Virus record (IMG/VR): IMGVR_UViG_3300031413_000005 | Span: 45,430 to 109,429 of that record | From: a virus | DNA length: 64,000 bases | Strand: one strand, 5' to 3' | Shown: positions 45,130 to 54,466 of the stretch, one piece after another | Numbering within the stretch: the first letter of the stretch is position 1 | Layout: every line of letters begins with the position of its first letter | Notes under the pieces: model-generated | The model's input: the letters and a program-made list of their open reading frames with translations, nothing else | What the model was told of the DNA's origin: nothing | Database searches by the model: none | Position numbers and translations under genes: made by a program

Positions 45130-45291
45130 TCAGCCCAAAAATAGCATGTCGTCGACGCCGGCTGGCTCGACTTCTTCGAAAAACTCACCGGCATCGCAGC
45201 CGGAGCATGTGCGCACGCGGCCTGCAAACACGCAGTCCTCGCACTCGTCGAACTTCAGCTCGACGTCTTCCAGATCACGCTGGCGTGGCAT
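45130..45291 (-). CDS. 53-aa CxxC-x8-CxxC protein
   Basis: MPRQRDLEDVELKFDECEDCVFAGRVRTCSGCDAGEFF...; fills the gap between the two ParB genes; not in the ORF track. Confidence 0.6.
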   Translation of the reverse strand: MPRQRDLEDVELKFDECEDCVFAGRVRTCSGCDAGEFFEEVEPAGVDDMLFLG

Positions 45292-45976
45292 TGGGGTCGT
45301 CCTTGGTGAGAATGTGCATCAAGGCGTCGCCAGCGTTTGTCAGATCGTCGGCATGGCTGAAGCCTTGTGCTTTCATGACCCCGCCCACGATGGCGCGCGC
45401 TCGCGCGGCATCTTGGATCGAAACCTTGAAACGGAGAATGTCGTGGGTCTTCGGCTCCTTCGTGGGAGCCTGGTCGAGCGTGTCGAGGTCACCGGGCGCG
45501 ATCGGGTCGTCGTCCAGATCCAGATCGGCCACGTTGACCGACAGGGAGGCGGTGAAGCCCTCCATCTCGCCGGCCGACCACGGCATGACCATCGCCAGAT
45601 CGATGTCCTTCAGCGAGCCGAGCAGCTCACCCAGCTTCAGCACGTCGTCGTGACCGTAGCGCGCATTGTCGAGCAGGCTGATTTCCTGCGCTCGCGCGTC
45701 GGGGATGATCCCAAGGTTGATGACGGGGACGGTGTCGAAGTCCAGGTCGCAGGCTTGCTCGACGCGGTGCCAGCCGCCTAGCGACTGATATTCCCCAGCG
45801 GGAAGACCGGCGACCTCGCGCACGACGACCGGGCGGAAGAAGCCGTGCCGCTTGAGCGACTCCTGGATCTTCAGCTCGTTTTCGTGGCTCACGACGTTCG
45901 TGTTCCACGGGTTGGGATGGATGAGACGGGGGTCGACCGCCAGGTGCTCATATTGCGCTGCGGGTGTGTGGTGCAT
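45275..45976 (-). CDS. ParB/Srx N-terminal domain protein
   Basis: PNPWNTN, SLKRHGFFRPVVVRE, GGWHR, DNARYG. Confidence 0.8.
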   Translation of the reverse strand: MHHTPAAQYEHLAVDPRLIHPNPWNTNVVSHENELKIQESLKRHGFFRPVVVREVAGLPAGEYQSLGGWHRVEQACDLDFDTVPVINLGIIPDARAQEISLLDNARYGHDDVLKLGELLGSLKDIDLAMVMPWSAGEMEGFTASLSVNVADLDLDDDPIAPGDLDTLDQAPTKEPKTHDILRFKVSIQDAARARAIVGGVMKAQGFSHADDLTNAGDALMHILTKDDPNATPA

Positions 45977-46042
45977 GCCACACATGATAACCCAAAAACG
46001 CCGGCAGATCCACGTCTCTTTACTCAAAGGAGCTATACACAA

Positions 46043-46066
46043 CGCATGGTAGACGACACGCATGCA
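46043..46066 (+). repeat. 24-bp dispersed motif (first flipped copy)
   Basis: cgcatg-gtagacgacacg-catgca. Confidence 0.85.
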
Positions 46067-46067
46067 G

Positions 46068-46096
46068 TTGCCAAACTACACTCAAACCGGTATGAT
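46068..46096 (+). promoter_or_regulatory. sigma70-type promoter, likely leaderless
   Basis: TTGCCA-17-TATGAT, ATG 7 nt downstream, 24-bp motif abutting the -35. Confidence 0.65.
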
Positions 46097-46103
46097 ATTT
46101 CGA

Positions 46104-47672
46104 ATGAACAAGACCGCACAGCTGATCGCGAACCCCGTCGTCGCGCAGGTAAACGGCGTCGATGACGACGTGCGCCGTCAGCTATCCGACGCCATGAGCT
46201 ATCAGGTCGAAGGGCACGAGCACATGGGCGCGAACCCCGGCTGGGACGGCCGCTCGACGCTCTACGACTGGAACTCGAACAAATTCCCGGCAGGCTTCCA
46301 GGCAACCGCGGAGGCCGTGCTGAAGGCGAACGGCTACACCGTGCAGCTGGTCAAGAACGCCCTTCCCGCGCCGCTTGGTCCGATGCCGACCCAGGAGAAC
46401 AGCCTGGTCGACGACTTCGGGCCGGATGCTCGTTACGACTATCAGTTTCGCGCCCCCGCGATCCTGGAGAAGCACGGCGCGTATATCGCCCGCTGCGCGA
46501 CCGGCGCCGGTAAGAGTCGCATCGCGAAGCTCTGCACCAAGCGCATCGGCCGCAAGACGCTGTTCGTAACCTCGCGCACCGTCCTGCTCTACCAGATGGG
46601 TGAGGCTTACGAGGCAGCAGGCTTCAAGGTCAGCTACATTGGCGACGGTTCGTGGGACACGTCGGGCGATGTCGTGCTGGGCATGGTTAAGACGCTCGCC
46701 GATCGCCTGGTCGACCAGCCTGCGGCAAGCATGATGGCGACGCCGGCCGAGATCAACGCAGCGACCGAGCGTTGGCGTTCGCGCCGCGACGAAGCGCTGA
46801 ATCTGCTCCACTCGATCGAGTTTGTGATCGGCGAGGAAGCGCACGAGTCTGGCGGCAACAGCTACTACACGGTGCTCAAGAATTGCCGTCGTGCTGCGTA
46901 TCGTTTGGCGCTGACCGGCACTCCGCTGATGCGCGACGGTGAATCGAACGCGCGCCTGATCGCGATGTTTGGACCCATCCGCCTCGAGGTCAGCGAGAAG
47001 CAGCTCATCGACAGCGGCATTCTCGCGCGCCCAATCTTCAAGATCATCGACAGCGACGCGCCGCCCACCCTGAAGCGCGGCTCGGCATGGCAGAAGGCCG
47101 ACGAGATCGGCATCGTCATGAACCAGTGGCGCAACAAGCGCATCTGCGCGGAGGCCATTCGAGCGTCGCGCTACGGACTGGGCACGATGATCCTCGTGAA
47201 GCGCAAGGCACACGGCGAGATCCTGAAGGCGATCCTCACACGCGCGGGGATGCGGGCGGAATACATCTTCGGTGACAGCAACAAGAAGAAGCGCGACGAA
47301 GCGCTAAAGAAGATGAAGCGCGGCGAGCTCGACGTGCTGATCGGCTCGACCATCCTCGATGTCGGTGTCGACGTGCCGGCGATCGGCATGCTGATCCTCG
47401 CGGGCGGTGGGAAAGCGGAGGTTGCGACCCGTCAGCGCATCGGCCGCGGGCTGCGCGCTAAGCACAAGGGTCCGAACGTCTGCTACGTCGTCGACTTCAA
47501 GGACGCGAAGAACAGCCACCTCCTGAAGCATAGCCAGACGCGTCTCGCGATCCTCCAGCAGACCGAGGGCTTCGCCGAGAATATCCTCAAACGGGGCGTC
47601 GACTTCAACTTCGCAGGCGACGGCTTTGTAGTCCTCGCCAACGACAACGCGAGCCAGGCAGCAGCAGCGTGA
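46104..47672 (+). CDS. SF2 (DEAD/DEAH-like) helicase
   Basis: ATGAGKS, GEEAH, LTGTP, DVGVDVP, QRIGRGLR. Confidence 0.9.
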   Translation: MNKTAQLIANPVVAQVNGVDDDVRRQLSDAMSYQVEGHEHMGANPGWDGRSTLYDWNSNKFPAGFQATAEAVLKANGYTVQLVKNALPAPLGPMPTQENSLVDDFGPDARYDYQFRAPAILEKHGAYIARCATGAGKSRIAKLCTKRIGRKTLFVTSRTVLLYQMGEAYEAAGFKVSYIGDGSWDTSGDVVLGMVKTLADRLVDQPAASMMATPAEINAATERWRSRRDEALNLLHSIEFVIGEEAHESGGNSYYTVLKNCRRAAYRLALTGTPLMRDGESNARLIAMFGPIRLEVSEKQLIDSGILARPIFKIIDSDAPPTLKRGSAWQKADEIGIVMNQWRNKRICAEAIRASRYGLGTMILVKRKAHGEILKAILTRAGMRAEYIFGDSNKKKRDEALKKMKRGELDVLIGSTILDVGVDVPAIGMLILAGGGKAEVATRQRIGRGLRAKHKGPNVCYVVDFKDAKNSHLLKHSQTRLAILQQTEGFAENILKRGVDFNFAGDGFVVLANDNASQAAAA

Positions 47673-47950
47673 ACACGTCGATCGACCTCACGGTCAAACC
47701 GGTGAACATCAAGCTTTCGGTCGCTGCGCACGCGCGCGCCAAAGACATTGCGGCCCGCCACGGGCTCAAGCTCCAGGACGTCTTCTCGGCTGCGCTGATG
47801 GAGATGCCCGAGGCCGACTTAGTGGCCGCGTGTCGCGAGCGCGCTGCGCAAACCGCCAACCTCCCCAAGGCCATCAGAGGCGTGCTCGCGCAAGCGCACC
47901 GCATGTCGCCCGAGGACAAGCAGAAGATCATCGATGCCCTTCTATCCTAA
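47669..47950 (+). CDS. small putative DNA-binding protein (RHH-like)
   Basis: KPVNIKLS..AH...K.IA pattern. Confidence 0.5.
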   Translation: MNTSIDLTVKPVNIKLSVAAHARAKDIAARHGLKLQDVFSAALMEMPEADLVAACRERAAQTANLPKAIRGVLAQAHRMSPEDKQKIIDALLS

Positions 47951-48506
47951 GCTGATCGGCGTCGTCGGCCACCCGACGCACGGCAAGACGACCGCGCTGC
48001 GCGTGATCCAGCGCCTGACCGGTGCGGTGATCTTCGATACGGGCGAACCGCTGCGCCGCGCGTGCATGGAGCTCTATGGGCTGAGCTGGGAGGACGTCTC
48101 GACGCAGGAGGGCAAGGCCCGCATGGTCTATCGCCCCGAGCTGGGCGACACGGTTACCGTGCGTCAGGCGCTGGGCGACTATGGCAAGATCCTGGAGCGC
48201 GAGAGTCCCGACAAGAACATCTGGACAACGATCGCCGTCGACCAGGCCATGCAGACGCTGTTCCCGGTCCTTGCCTTCGACAGCGTGCGCATGGGCCAGG
48301 GCGAGGTGATCCAGAAGCGGGGCGGTATCGTCATCTCGATCGAGGATCCACGCAAGCCCAAGAGCCCGCACGACTTCGACCAGTTCGACCCTCGCTTCGT
48401 CGACCTATCCATCTCGAACGCCAGCACGCTCGAGCGTTTCGAGCGCAGCATCGAGTTCGCCTTGGCATATTCGTTTCCCGACGACTGGACAGCTCTAGCC
48501 GCTTGA
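47934..48506 (+). CDS. deoxynucleoside monophosphate kinase-like
   Basis: LIGVVGHPTHGKTT, PLR, RQAL..YG, DSVR..GG. Confidence 0.7.
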   Translation: MPFYPKLIGVVGHPTHGKTTALRVIQRLTGAVIFDTGEPLRRACMELYGLSWEDVSTQEGKARMVYRPELGDTVTVRQALGDYGKILERESPDKNIWTTIAVDQAMQTLFPVLAFDSVRMGQGEVIQKRGGIVISIEDPRKPKSPHDFDQFDPRFVDLSISNASTLERFERSIEFALAYSFPDDWTALAA

Positions 48507-48564
48507 GCGTAACTATCAGCTAACGTATCGGTGCATTTATCGATTAGTTGATAGAAAGATTCGC

Positions 48565-49200
48565 ATGCAGATCATTGCCTGTATCAGTCAGAAGGGCGGC
48601 GTCGGTAAATCCGTCATCACCCGCCTTCTCGCGCGCGAACTCGCCGCGGCTGACTTCGTCGTAAAGATCGCTGACCTCGATGTGCAGCAGGCGACGTCGA
48701 CCCGCTGGATCGGAACCCGGCTCGAGAACGGACACAAGCCCGACATCTCCGGCGCCTTCTACAAGACCGTGGGCGAAGCTCTGCGCGACGCGGGCGAGAC
48801 CGAGATCATGATCTTCGACGGCAAGCCCGTCGCTGACCAGCAGGCCACCGAGGTTGCGAAGAAGGCCGACCTGATCGTCCTCCCTTCCGGCGCGAGCGTC
48901 GATGACCTCCGGCCGACCGTCCAGCTGATGCACGCGCTGCTGGGCGCTGGCGTGCCGGCCAAGCGCATGATCGTCGTTCTGGTGTCGTCCATGACCCCGG
49001 CAACCGAGGCCGACGCTCGCGCGGTCCTCGAGAACGCGGGCATTCGCGTCGCTGCGCGTGCGCTGCGCAAGCTTCCCAGCTACGAGGTCGCGCTCGGCCA
49101 GGGGCAGTCCCCTTCCGAAGCCCGCGGGCGTGCTGACGTCCGCAAGGAGGCGGCAGACGTCGCCGAGGAAATCTACAAAGCGCTTCAGGAGACCGAGTGA
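48565..49200 (+). CDS. parA: ParA partition ATPase (short, type Ib-like)
   Basis: SQKGGVGKS, DLDVQQ, ADLIVLP. Confidence 0.9.
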   Translation: MQIIACISQKGGVGKSVITRLLARELAAADFVVKIADLDVQQATSTRWIGTRLENGHKPDISGAFYKTVGEALRDAGETEIMIFDGKPVADQQATEVAKKADLIVLPSGASVDDLRPTVQLMHALLGAGVPAKRMIVVLVSSMTPATEADARAVLENAGIRVAARALRKLPSYEVALGQGQSPSEARGRADVRKEAADVAEEIYKALQETE

Positions 49201-49433
49201 TGCCGATCGAGAAACCCGTGCGCAAGCCGCGCATCGACCTTGGCGACATCACGCCGCCCGCGGCGCTGTCGAGCGCGACCGACCCGAAGGAATATTACAG
49301 CGTCCGCATCCCCGCCTCGCTCATGAAAGCGATCCGGCAGGCGCAGGCCCGCGAGGGGCACAACCAGGGCTACAAGCATTTCACCGAGATCATGACCGAG
49401 TATCTCAGGAATAAGCACCCCGACCTGCTCTGA
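49197..49433 (+). CDS. small ParA partner (RHH/ParG-like)
   Basis: overlaps the parA stop; YYSVRIPASLMKAIR. Confidence 0.6.
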   Translation: MMPIEKPVRKPRIDLGDITPPAALSSATDPKEYYSVRIPASLMKAIRQAQAREGHNQGYKHFTEIMTEYLRNKHPDLL

Positions 49434-49482
49434 ACAACGGGCGCGCGAGATTGCACTTGCGCGCCCAATATCTCATCGCTAG

Positions 49483-49506
49483 TGCATAGTGAATGACACA
49501 CATGCA
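49483..49506 (+). repeat. 24-bp dispersed motif
   Basis: tgcata-gtgaatgacaca-catgca. Confidence 0.75.
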
Positions 49507-49786
49507 CCACGAGGCGGCTATCGAATTAGAGCGCGATTACCCGCCCGTCATCGACGCGTTCGTTCTCCATGACGAGGGCGCAGCGCACTCGGCCTTCCTC
49601 GTTGGAGCCCTCGCGAACGTCGACGAGACGCTGCTCGCAGATGGTTATGACCAGATGCGCTTGGGCCAGGCGCATGCAAGCCGCTCGCTCGACCTGATCC
49701 GGCTCTGCGATCGCCCGACAGCACGCTACCTGATGCTGATGAACGCGAAGCTGTGGCTCGACCAAGCGAAGTCGTTAGGCGAATGA
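49493..49786 (+). CDS. hypothetical protein
   Basis: start lies inside a 24-bp motif. Confidence 0.5.
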   Translation: MTHMHHEAAIELERDYPPVIDAFVLHDEGAAHSAFLVGALANVDETLLADGYDQMRLGQAHASRSLDLIRLCDRPTARYLMLMNAKLWLDQAKSLGE

Positions 49787-50160
49787 GCCCGCGTCTCAAG
49801 GCTTTGAAGGCCAAGGCAACCAAGCGCTTTATCGCTTTCGTGATGATCCACTGCTCCACCCTGCGGGTCAGCTACAGCACGCTGATCGCCGAGCGCAACG
49901 CCCTTCGCAGGGACCTTGATGCACTAGAAGCGCGTCACACGCCGCTGATGGATGCAGCCTCGCGCTTCAACCGCATGCTCGACAACACGCACACACAGCG
50001 GCCCGGGTCGATCCAGTTGGTGATCGCCGACGAGCCCCTCGCACTCGCCTTCAAGACCAAGCTGAACAACCTCGTCCTCGCAGTCGAGGGGAAGCCGCTC
50101 ACTGATGACCCTTTCTTCGACCTGCCGGTGTCGGCCGGTCCCAGCCGCAGGATGCACTGA
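49783..50160 (+). CDS. hypothetical protein
   Basis: coupled at both ends. Confidence 0.55.
   Translation: MSPRLKALKAKATKRFIAFVMIHCSTLRVSYSTLIAERNALRRDLDALEARHTPLMDAASRFNRMLDNTHTQRPGSIQLVIADEPLALAFKTKLNNLVLAVEGKPLTDDPFFDLPVSAGPSRRMH
49972..49995 (+). repeat. 24-bp motif, intragenic
   Basis: cgcatg-ctcgacaacacg-cacaca. Confidence 0.55.
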
Positions 50161-50825
50161 TGCTTATCTCGATCGACGGAATGTCCCACACCGGCCGCAA
50201 AGATCTCGCGCGTGCGGTCGCCCGCCAATTCGCCTTGCCTTTGCTCGACGTCGAAGCCCTCTGGAATCTGCTTGCTCTCCAGCTCACCGGCATGCGGGTA
50301 ACCGCCGACGCCTCGCCGGATTATCTGGAGCGCGCGGCGCACAAGCTGATCTCAGACGGGCTCGATATTGAGCTAATCGATAGTGGCTTCGCGCAGGTGC
50401 CCGAAATGACCAAGTTCGCCGAAACGCTGCGGCGCTTTCCGCTCATTCGCACCCGCATGGCCAATGTCGCCCGCGATTGGCTGGTCGTGAGCCAGCAGAA
50501 GGCCGTCGTGTTCGGCCGTGACACGGGGCGGGCCATTGCGCCTCATGCAGACCACAAGGTCTTCCTGATCGGTGACGCTACCGTTCGCGCTCGCCGTCGC
50601 TCTGGGGTTATTGGCGCTGCCGATCTGGCAGCGCTGCGCGACGAGATCGTTGCAGAAGACAAGCGCGCGATCACGACGTTCGGTGCCCCGCTCCGGCCAG
50701 CGATCGAGGCGACGGTCATCGACACCACGCACACGTCGAACCGGGCAGTCTTCAGTCACATCTGCGAGCTGATCGCCGCACGCGCGGCCTGGGCGCGGAT
50801 CGAGAGCGAGGCGCTGAAGCTCTGA
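50160..50825 (+). CDS. cytidylate kinase-like protein
   Basis: ISIDG..., GRDTG, KVFL...RARRR, PLRPA...IDTT; P-loop atypical. Confidence 0.7.
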   Translation: MLISIDGMSHTGRKDLARAVARQFALPLLDVEALWNLLALQLTGMRVTADASPDYLERAAHKLISDGLDIELIDSGFAQVPEMTKFAETLRRFPLIRTRMANVARDWLVVSQQKAVVFGRDTGRAIAPHADHKVFLIGDATVRARRRSGVIGAADLAALRDEIVAEDKRAITTFGAPLRPAIEATVIDTTHTSNRAVFSHICELIAARAAWARIESEALKL

Positions 50826-51238
50826 TGCCGCCCTGGATGCTATCGCCCTTCGTGAAGATCGGTGGGATCGCGCTGGTCGCGGTCGTCCTGGTGGTCGGCG
50901 TCACCACCTGGCTCGGCAAGCGCGACGATGCCGCCTTCCGCCGCGGCGTCGAGGCTACCGAGGCCCAGGTTCGTCAGGCGACCGACCGGGCGAACGCGGC
51001 CGAGCGCAAGCTCGAACTCTCGATGTCGCTCACCACCACCCTGATCGGCCAGCGCGCGCAGACGCAGGGAAGCGCGCTCACGATCAAGCTCGAAACCATG
51101 CAGAAAGACCTAGCCCGTGAAATCCAAACTGACGCTGGCGCTCGTTGCCGTGTCGCTGATGGGGTGCTCAGCGCGCTCCAGGCTCAACGTACCGCCGTCA
51201 ACGCCGGCATTGCTGCCAGCGATCCCGGCCAACCTTAA
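50825..51238 (+). CDS. i-spanin (Rz-like)
   Basis: N-terminal TM, coiled coil, one Cys; overlapped by a lipoprotein gene. Confidence 0.6.
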   Translation: MPPWMLSPFVKIGGIALVAVVLVVGVTTWLGKRDDAAFRRGVEATEAQVRQATDRANAAERKLELSMSLTTTLIGQRAQTQGSALTIKLETMQKDLAREIQTDAGARCRVADGVLSALQAQRTAVNAGIAASDPGQP

Positions 51239-51422
51239 CCAGCCGGCAAGCCCGATCGGCGAGCTGCACGCGACCGAATATGGCGACATCGCGGTCGACA
51301 GCGGAAACCTCACCGGCATGTATGGACTGCTCGCGGTCCGATTCAACAATCTTCTCCTGTTCACCCGCTGCATGATTGCCGAGCGCAACACAGCGACCAA
51401 GCCAAAGGATTGCCCCAAGTGA
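51117..51422 (+). CDS. o-spanin (Rz1-like lipoprotein)
   Basis: lipobox LMGC, Pro-rich, overlaps the i-spanin 3' end. Confidence 0.6.
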   Translation: MKSKLTLALVAVSLMGCSARSRLNVPPSTPALLPAIPANLNQPASPIGELHATEYGDIAVDSGNLTGMYGLLAVRFNNLLLFTRCMIAERNTATKPKDCPK

Positions 51423-51583
51423 TCGAGCTCATCATCCCCTTCTGGTTCGCATTGCTCGTAGGCGTGCTGGTCATGGCGCCGGCGATCGGCATGTCGGCAG
51501 GCGCGGCGTACCTCGTCCACTTCACCTACCTGAAGATCTTCAAGCCGTTTCGGTGGAAGCGAAAAAACATTCACCTGCTCTAA
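51419..51583 (+). CDS. small membrane protein
   Basis: MIELIIPFWFALLVGVLV... with a basic tail; GTGA overlap. Confidence 0.5.
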   Translation: MIELIIPFWFALLVGVLVMAPAIGMSAGAAYLVHFTYLKIFKPFRWKRKNIHLL

Positions 51584-51595
51584 ATCCCGCTTGTG

Positions 51596-51619
51596 CGTGT
51601 GTGTGTTGTCTACTATGCA
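51596..51619 (-). repeat. 24-bp motif (opposite to the ligase gene)
   Basis: cgtgtg-tgtgttgtctac-tatgca. Confidence 0.75.
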
Positions 51620-51625
51620 CTTCTC

Positions 51626-52780
51626 ATGACGACAGACACAGCAATCAAGCGGAGCCCGGAGCTCTACAAGCTCGACAGCAAGAGCAAGACCCGCGTCTGG
51701 TTCATGGAGCAGGAGGGCGACAAGTATCGCACCTATGACGGGCTCCTGGACGGGAACGTGAAGTGCAGCGCCTGGCGCACCGCAAAACCGACCAACGTCG
51801 GCCGCTCGAACGAGCGTGGCGGTGTTGCCCAGGCCGCTTTCGAGATCGAGGCTGCATACACCAAGCAGCTGAAGGGCTCGTATTACACCGACCTCGCCGA
51901 CATTCACCTTGGGTGCCGTTACGTCGAGCCGATGCTCGCGGAGAAATACACCGAGTTCGCGCCGGGCGAGGCCCAGCCGAAGCTTGATGGTTTCCGCTGC
52001 GTGCTCATGGCGACCGGTGGTCAGTCGCGCGAAGGCGAGATGCTGCCGGGTGCGCGTCACCTCGTCACCGCGCTCGCACCGATCTTTGCCCGCGCGCCCA
52101 ACCTGAAGATCGACGGCGAGCTCTACAACCCCGCCTATGCGACGACGTTCGGCAAACTCTCCAGCCTCATCAAGGACGGAAGCCCGACGCCGGCCGAGCA
52201 GGAGAAGATCGAGCGTGACGTGCAGTTCCACGCTTACGACATCATCGGCCTTCCCCTGAAGCGCCGCGAGCGCAAACTGAAACTCGCGCAGCTCATCGCG
52301 GCCATCAACAACCCCATGATCCAGCTGGTCGAGAGCCACGACGTCGAAGACGAGGCGAGCTACGATGCGCTGCATATCAAGTGGGTCAGCGAGCAGTGCG
52401 AAGGCTCGATGTGGCGCCCGCATGACGGGGACTATGAGGAGGGCAAGCGCTCGAAGAACCTGCGCAAGCGCAAGGACTTCGACGATGCCGAGTTCGAGAT
52501 CATCCCCGATGGCATCGAGGAAGGTGAAGGCAACTGGGCAGGCGCTGCCAAGCGCGTCATCTGCTGGCTTCCCGGCGCTGACCGGACCGGTGGTCCCACC
52601 AAGTCGAACACCTTCGAAGCGGGCCTGCGCGGCACGAAACCGGACAACATCAAGCTGTTCGCCGAGCGCGGCCAGCACAAGATCGTCAGCATCCGGCACT
52701 TCGGCTGGACCGACACGGCAATTCCAAAGCCGCGGTTCGGTGTCGCAACCAAGTTCTGGGGCGCTGCCCGAGACCTCTGA
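51626..52780 (+). CDS. ATP-dependent DNA ligase
   Basis: PMLA, QPKLDGFRC, DGELY, FHAYD, EGSM, KRS..L.KRK.F.DAE. Confidence 0.9.
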   Translation: MTTDTAIKRSPELYKLDSKSKTRVWFMEQEGDKYRTYDGLLDGNVKCSAWRTAKPTNVGRSNERGGVAQAAFEIEAAYTKQLKGSYYTDLADIHLGCRYVEPMLAEKYTEFAPGEAQPKLDGFRCVLMATGGQSREGEMLPGARHLVTALAPIFARAPNLKIDGELYNPAYATTFGKLSSLIKDGSPTPAEQEKIERDVQFHAYDIIGLPLKRRERKLKLAQLIAAINNPMIQLVESHDVEDEASYDALHIKWVSEQCEGSMWRPHDGDYEEGKRSKNLRKRKDFDDAEFEIIPDGIEEGEGNWAGAAKRVICWLPGADRTGGPTKSNTFEAGLRGTKPDNIKLFAERGQHKIVSIRHFGWTDTAIPKPRFGVATKFWGAARDL

Positions 52781-52824
52781 CCTCAAGCCACTGGCGCCAC
52801 CCGGCGCCACTGGTCTGTCCTTGG

Positions 52825-52848
52825 TGCATGGTATGCACCACACATGCA
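52825..52848 (+). repeat. 24-bp dispersed motif
   Basis: tgcatg-gtatgcaccaca-catgca. Confidence 0.85.
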
Positions 52849-52861
52849 ACGGAGACACGAA

Positions 52862-53299
52862 TTGACTGCCTTCATTCTCAACGGTGTCCGCGGCCTTGGC
52901 GCGCGCATCAAGCGGGTCACGCGCACGCGCTCGATCGTGATGTTCTCGAACCGTCACGCTACGCTGTCGGAGACCTATGCTCGCCAGAGCGAGCGCGTCG
53001 AGCGGTTGCTCGCGCACAACCGGTCAGTGGTCGCCTTGAGCACGCTGCGCGGTGGTCAGCTGGTGTCGGCCAACGAGCTTCTGGTCGAGAGCACCGAGAC
53101 AGTCGCATCGCTGCGCGTCGACGTTCTCGCGCTCGAACAGGCCCGGGCCGCTGATGCCGCGGCGCTCCGTCGCTCGAACGTCGCACACGGCAAGGTACTC
53201 AAGGGGCTTTGCGACATTCTCCAGGCCATCAACGCGGTGAAGTCGCCGAATGGCACCACTCAGAAGGTGGCTCGGATCGCCAACGCGGCGCTCGCATGA
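52862..53299 (+). CDS. hypothetical coiled-coil protein
   Basis: TTG start with GGAG. Confidence 0.5.
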   Translation: MTAFILNGVRGLGARIKRVTRTRSIVMFSNRHATLSETYARQSERVERLLAHNRSVVALSTLRGGQLVSANELLVESTETVASLRVDVLALEQARAADAAALRRSNVAHGKVLKGLCDILQAINAVKSPNGTTQKVARIANAALA

Positions 53300-53472
53300 T
53301 CGACCGGCTTCTCGACAAGGCGGCGATGCAGATCGCTTGGTGGATGCCCGCGCGCTTCGTCGTCTGGTGCTCCATCCGCGTCTGGGCGCACGGCACGCAG
53401 GGCAAATGGTCGAACCAGGACGTCACGACGCTGACGGTTACCGAAGCGCTGAAGCGCTGGGACGAAAAGTGA
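53296..53472 (+). CDS. hypothetical protein
   Basis: ATGA coupling. Confidence 0.5.
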   Translation: MIDRLLDKAAMQIAWWMPARFVVWCSIRVWAHGTQGKWSNQDVTTLTVTEALKRWDEK

Positions 53473-53798
53473 GCACCACGCCCACCTGCCCGTCCTGCGG
53501 CGCCAACCGGATCAGTCAGGAGCGTCGACCCAACGGTAACGCGACCTGCGAGCGCGGGCACACCTACCCGGCGAACCAGTTCAAAACGCCTCCTGTGACG
53601 ATCGACGGCGCGTACCGCGATCAGATGCTGGCTCCGATGCAGGGGCTGCTCACCGCGGTCTCGAAGCTCGGGGTCGACTTCGCTGGCGGTCACGCGGAGC
53701 TCGTGGAGCTCACCGCCCGAAAATTCGAAATGCTCGCCGACATGGTCCTCGCGACCGGGATGAGCCCCGACCTCCTCAAGGCAGCGATGAAAGGCTGA
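53469..53798 (+). CDS. Zn-ribbon hypothetical protein
   Basis: CPSCG...CERGH. Confidence 0.55.
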   Translation: MSTTPTCPSCGANRISQERRPNGNATCERGHTYPANQFKTPPVTIDGAYRDQMLAPMQGLLTAVSKLGVDFAGGHAELVELTARKFEMLADMVLATGMSPDLLKAAMKG

Positions 53799-53806
53799 CC
53801 CTCCAA

Positions 53807-54070
53807 ATGAAGAAGATCCTCTACTCCCTCATTCTCGTGGGCTCGATGCTCGTCACCGGCTGCACCGATCCCGTCGCTGCGAAGCGCGTCGCCGAAGACC
53901 AGGGTTTCACCCAGGTCATCATCACCGGACACCGCTTTTCGGGCTGCGGCGATAACGACAACGTCGCGACGGGGTTTGCCGCTGTTGGCGCGACCGGCCG
54001 CTCGGTGACCGGCGTCGTGTGCGGCTCCACCTCGCTCTTTGGCAAGTCGAACACGCTGCGCGTCGACTGA
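53807..54070 (+). CDS. small lipoprotein
   Basis: lipobox VTGC. Confidence 0.65.
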   Translation: MKKILYSLILVGSMLVTGCTDPVAAKRVAEDQGFTQVIITGHRFSGCGDNDNVATGFAAVGATGRSVTGVVCGSTSLFGKSNTLRVD

Positions 54071-54146
54071 CCCCTTTGCGACGGCCGTTCGAGCTGCGGC
54101 CGTCGCCTCCCTTTCAAAGCTCACCATCAACAGAACTGGAACTGAA

Positions 54147-54452
54147 ATGAAGACCTCGATCATCGCATTCTTTGCGACCCTCATCGCCCGCGTGCTCCCG
54201 ACCAAGTCGGTCGACGGCGCCATCTCGTTCGTCACCAAGGGCCTGAACGCACTGGCGGTAGCTGAAGCCGCCCAGAACGCCGAAGCCGTGAAGCTGTTCG
54301 ACGAAGCGTCGGCACTCGAGAAGCGCGCGACGATGCTGAAGAACACCGGCAACGCATTCTCGGCCGAAGCCGATCGCGCAGCCGCGATCCGCGCGAACCT
54401 GGTCGCACTGGTGTCCGCACCGGCCGCAACCGACGCCGTCGCGACCGCGTAA
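54147..54452 (+). CDS. hypothetical protein
   Basis: Ala-rich ORF with phage-like codon use. Confidence 0.55.
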   Translation: MKTSIIAFFATLIARVLPTKSVDGAISFVTKGLNALAVAEAAQNAEAVKLFDEASALEKRATMLKNTGNAFSAEADRAAAIRANLVALVSAPAATDAVATA

Positions 54453-54466
54453 ACGATAGCACGAGG

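Noticed and set aside
44434-45976. ParB genes as the plasmid partition system
   Set aside because: Only the N-terminal ParB/Srx domain is recognisable, and parA has its own coupled small partner.
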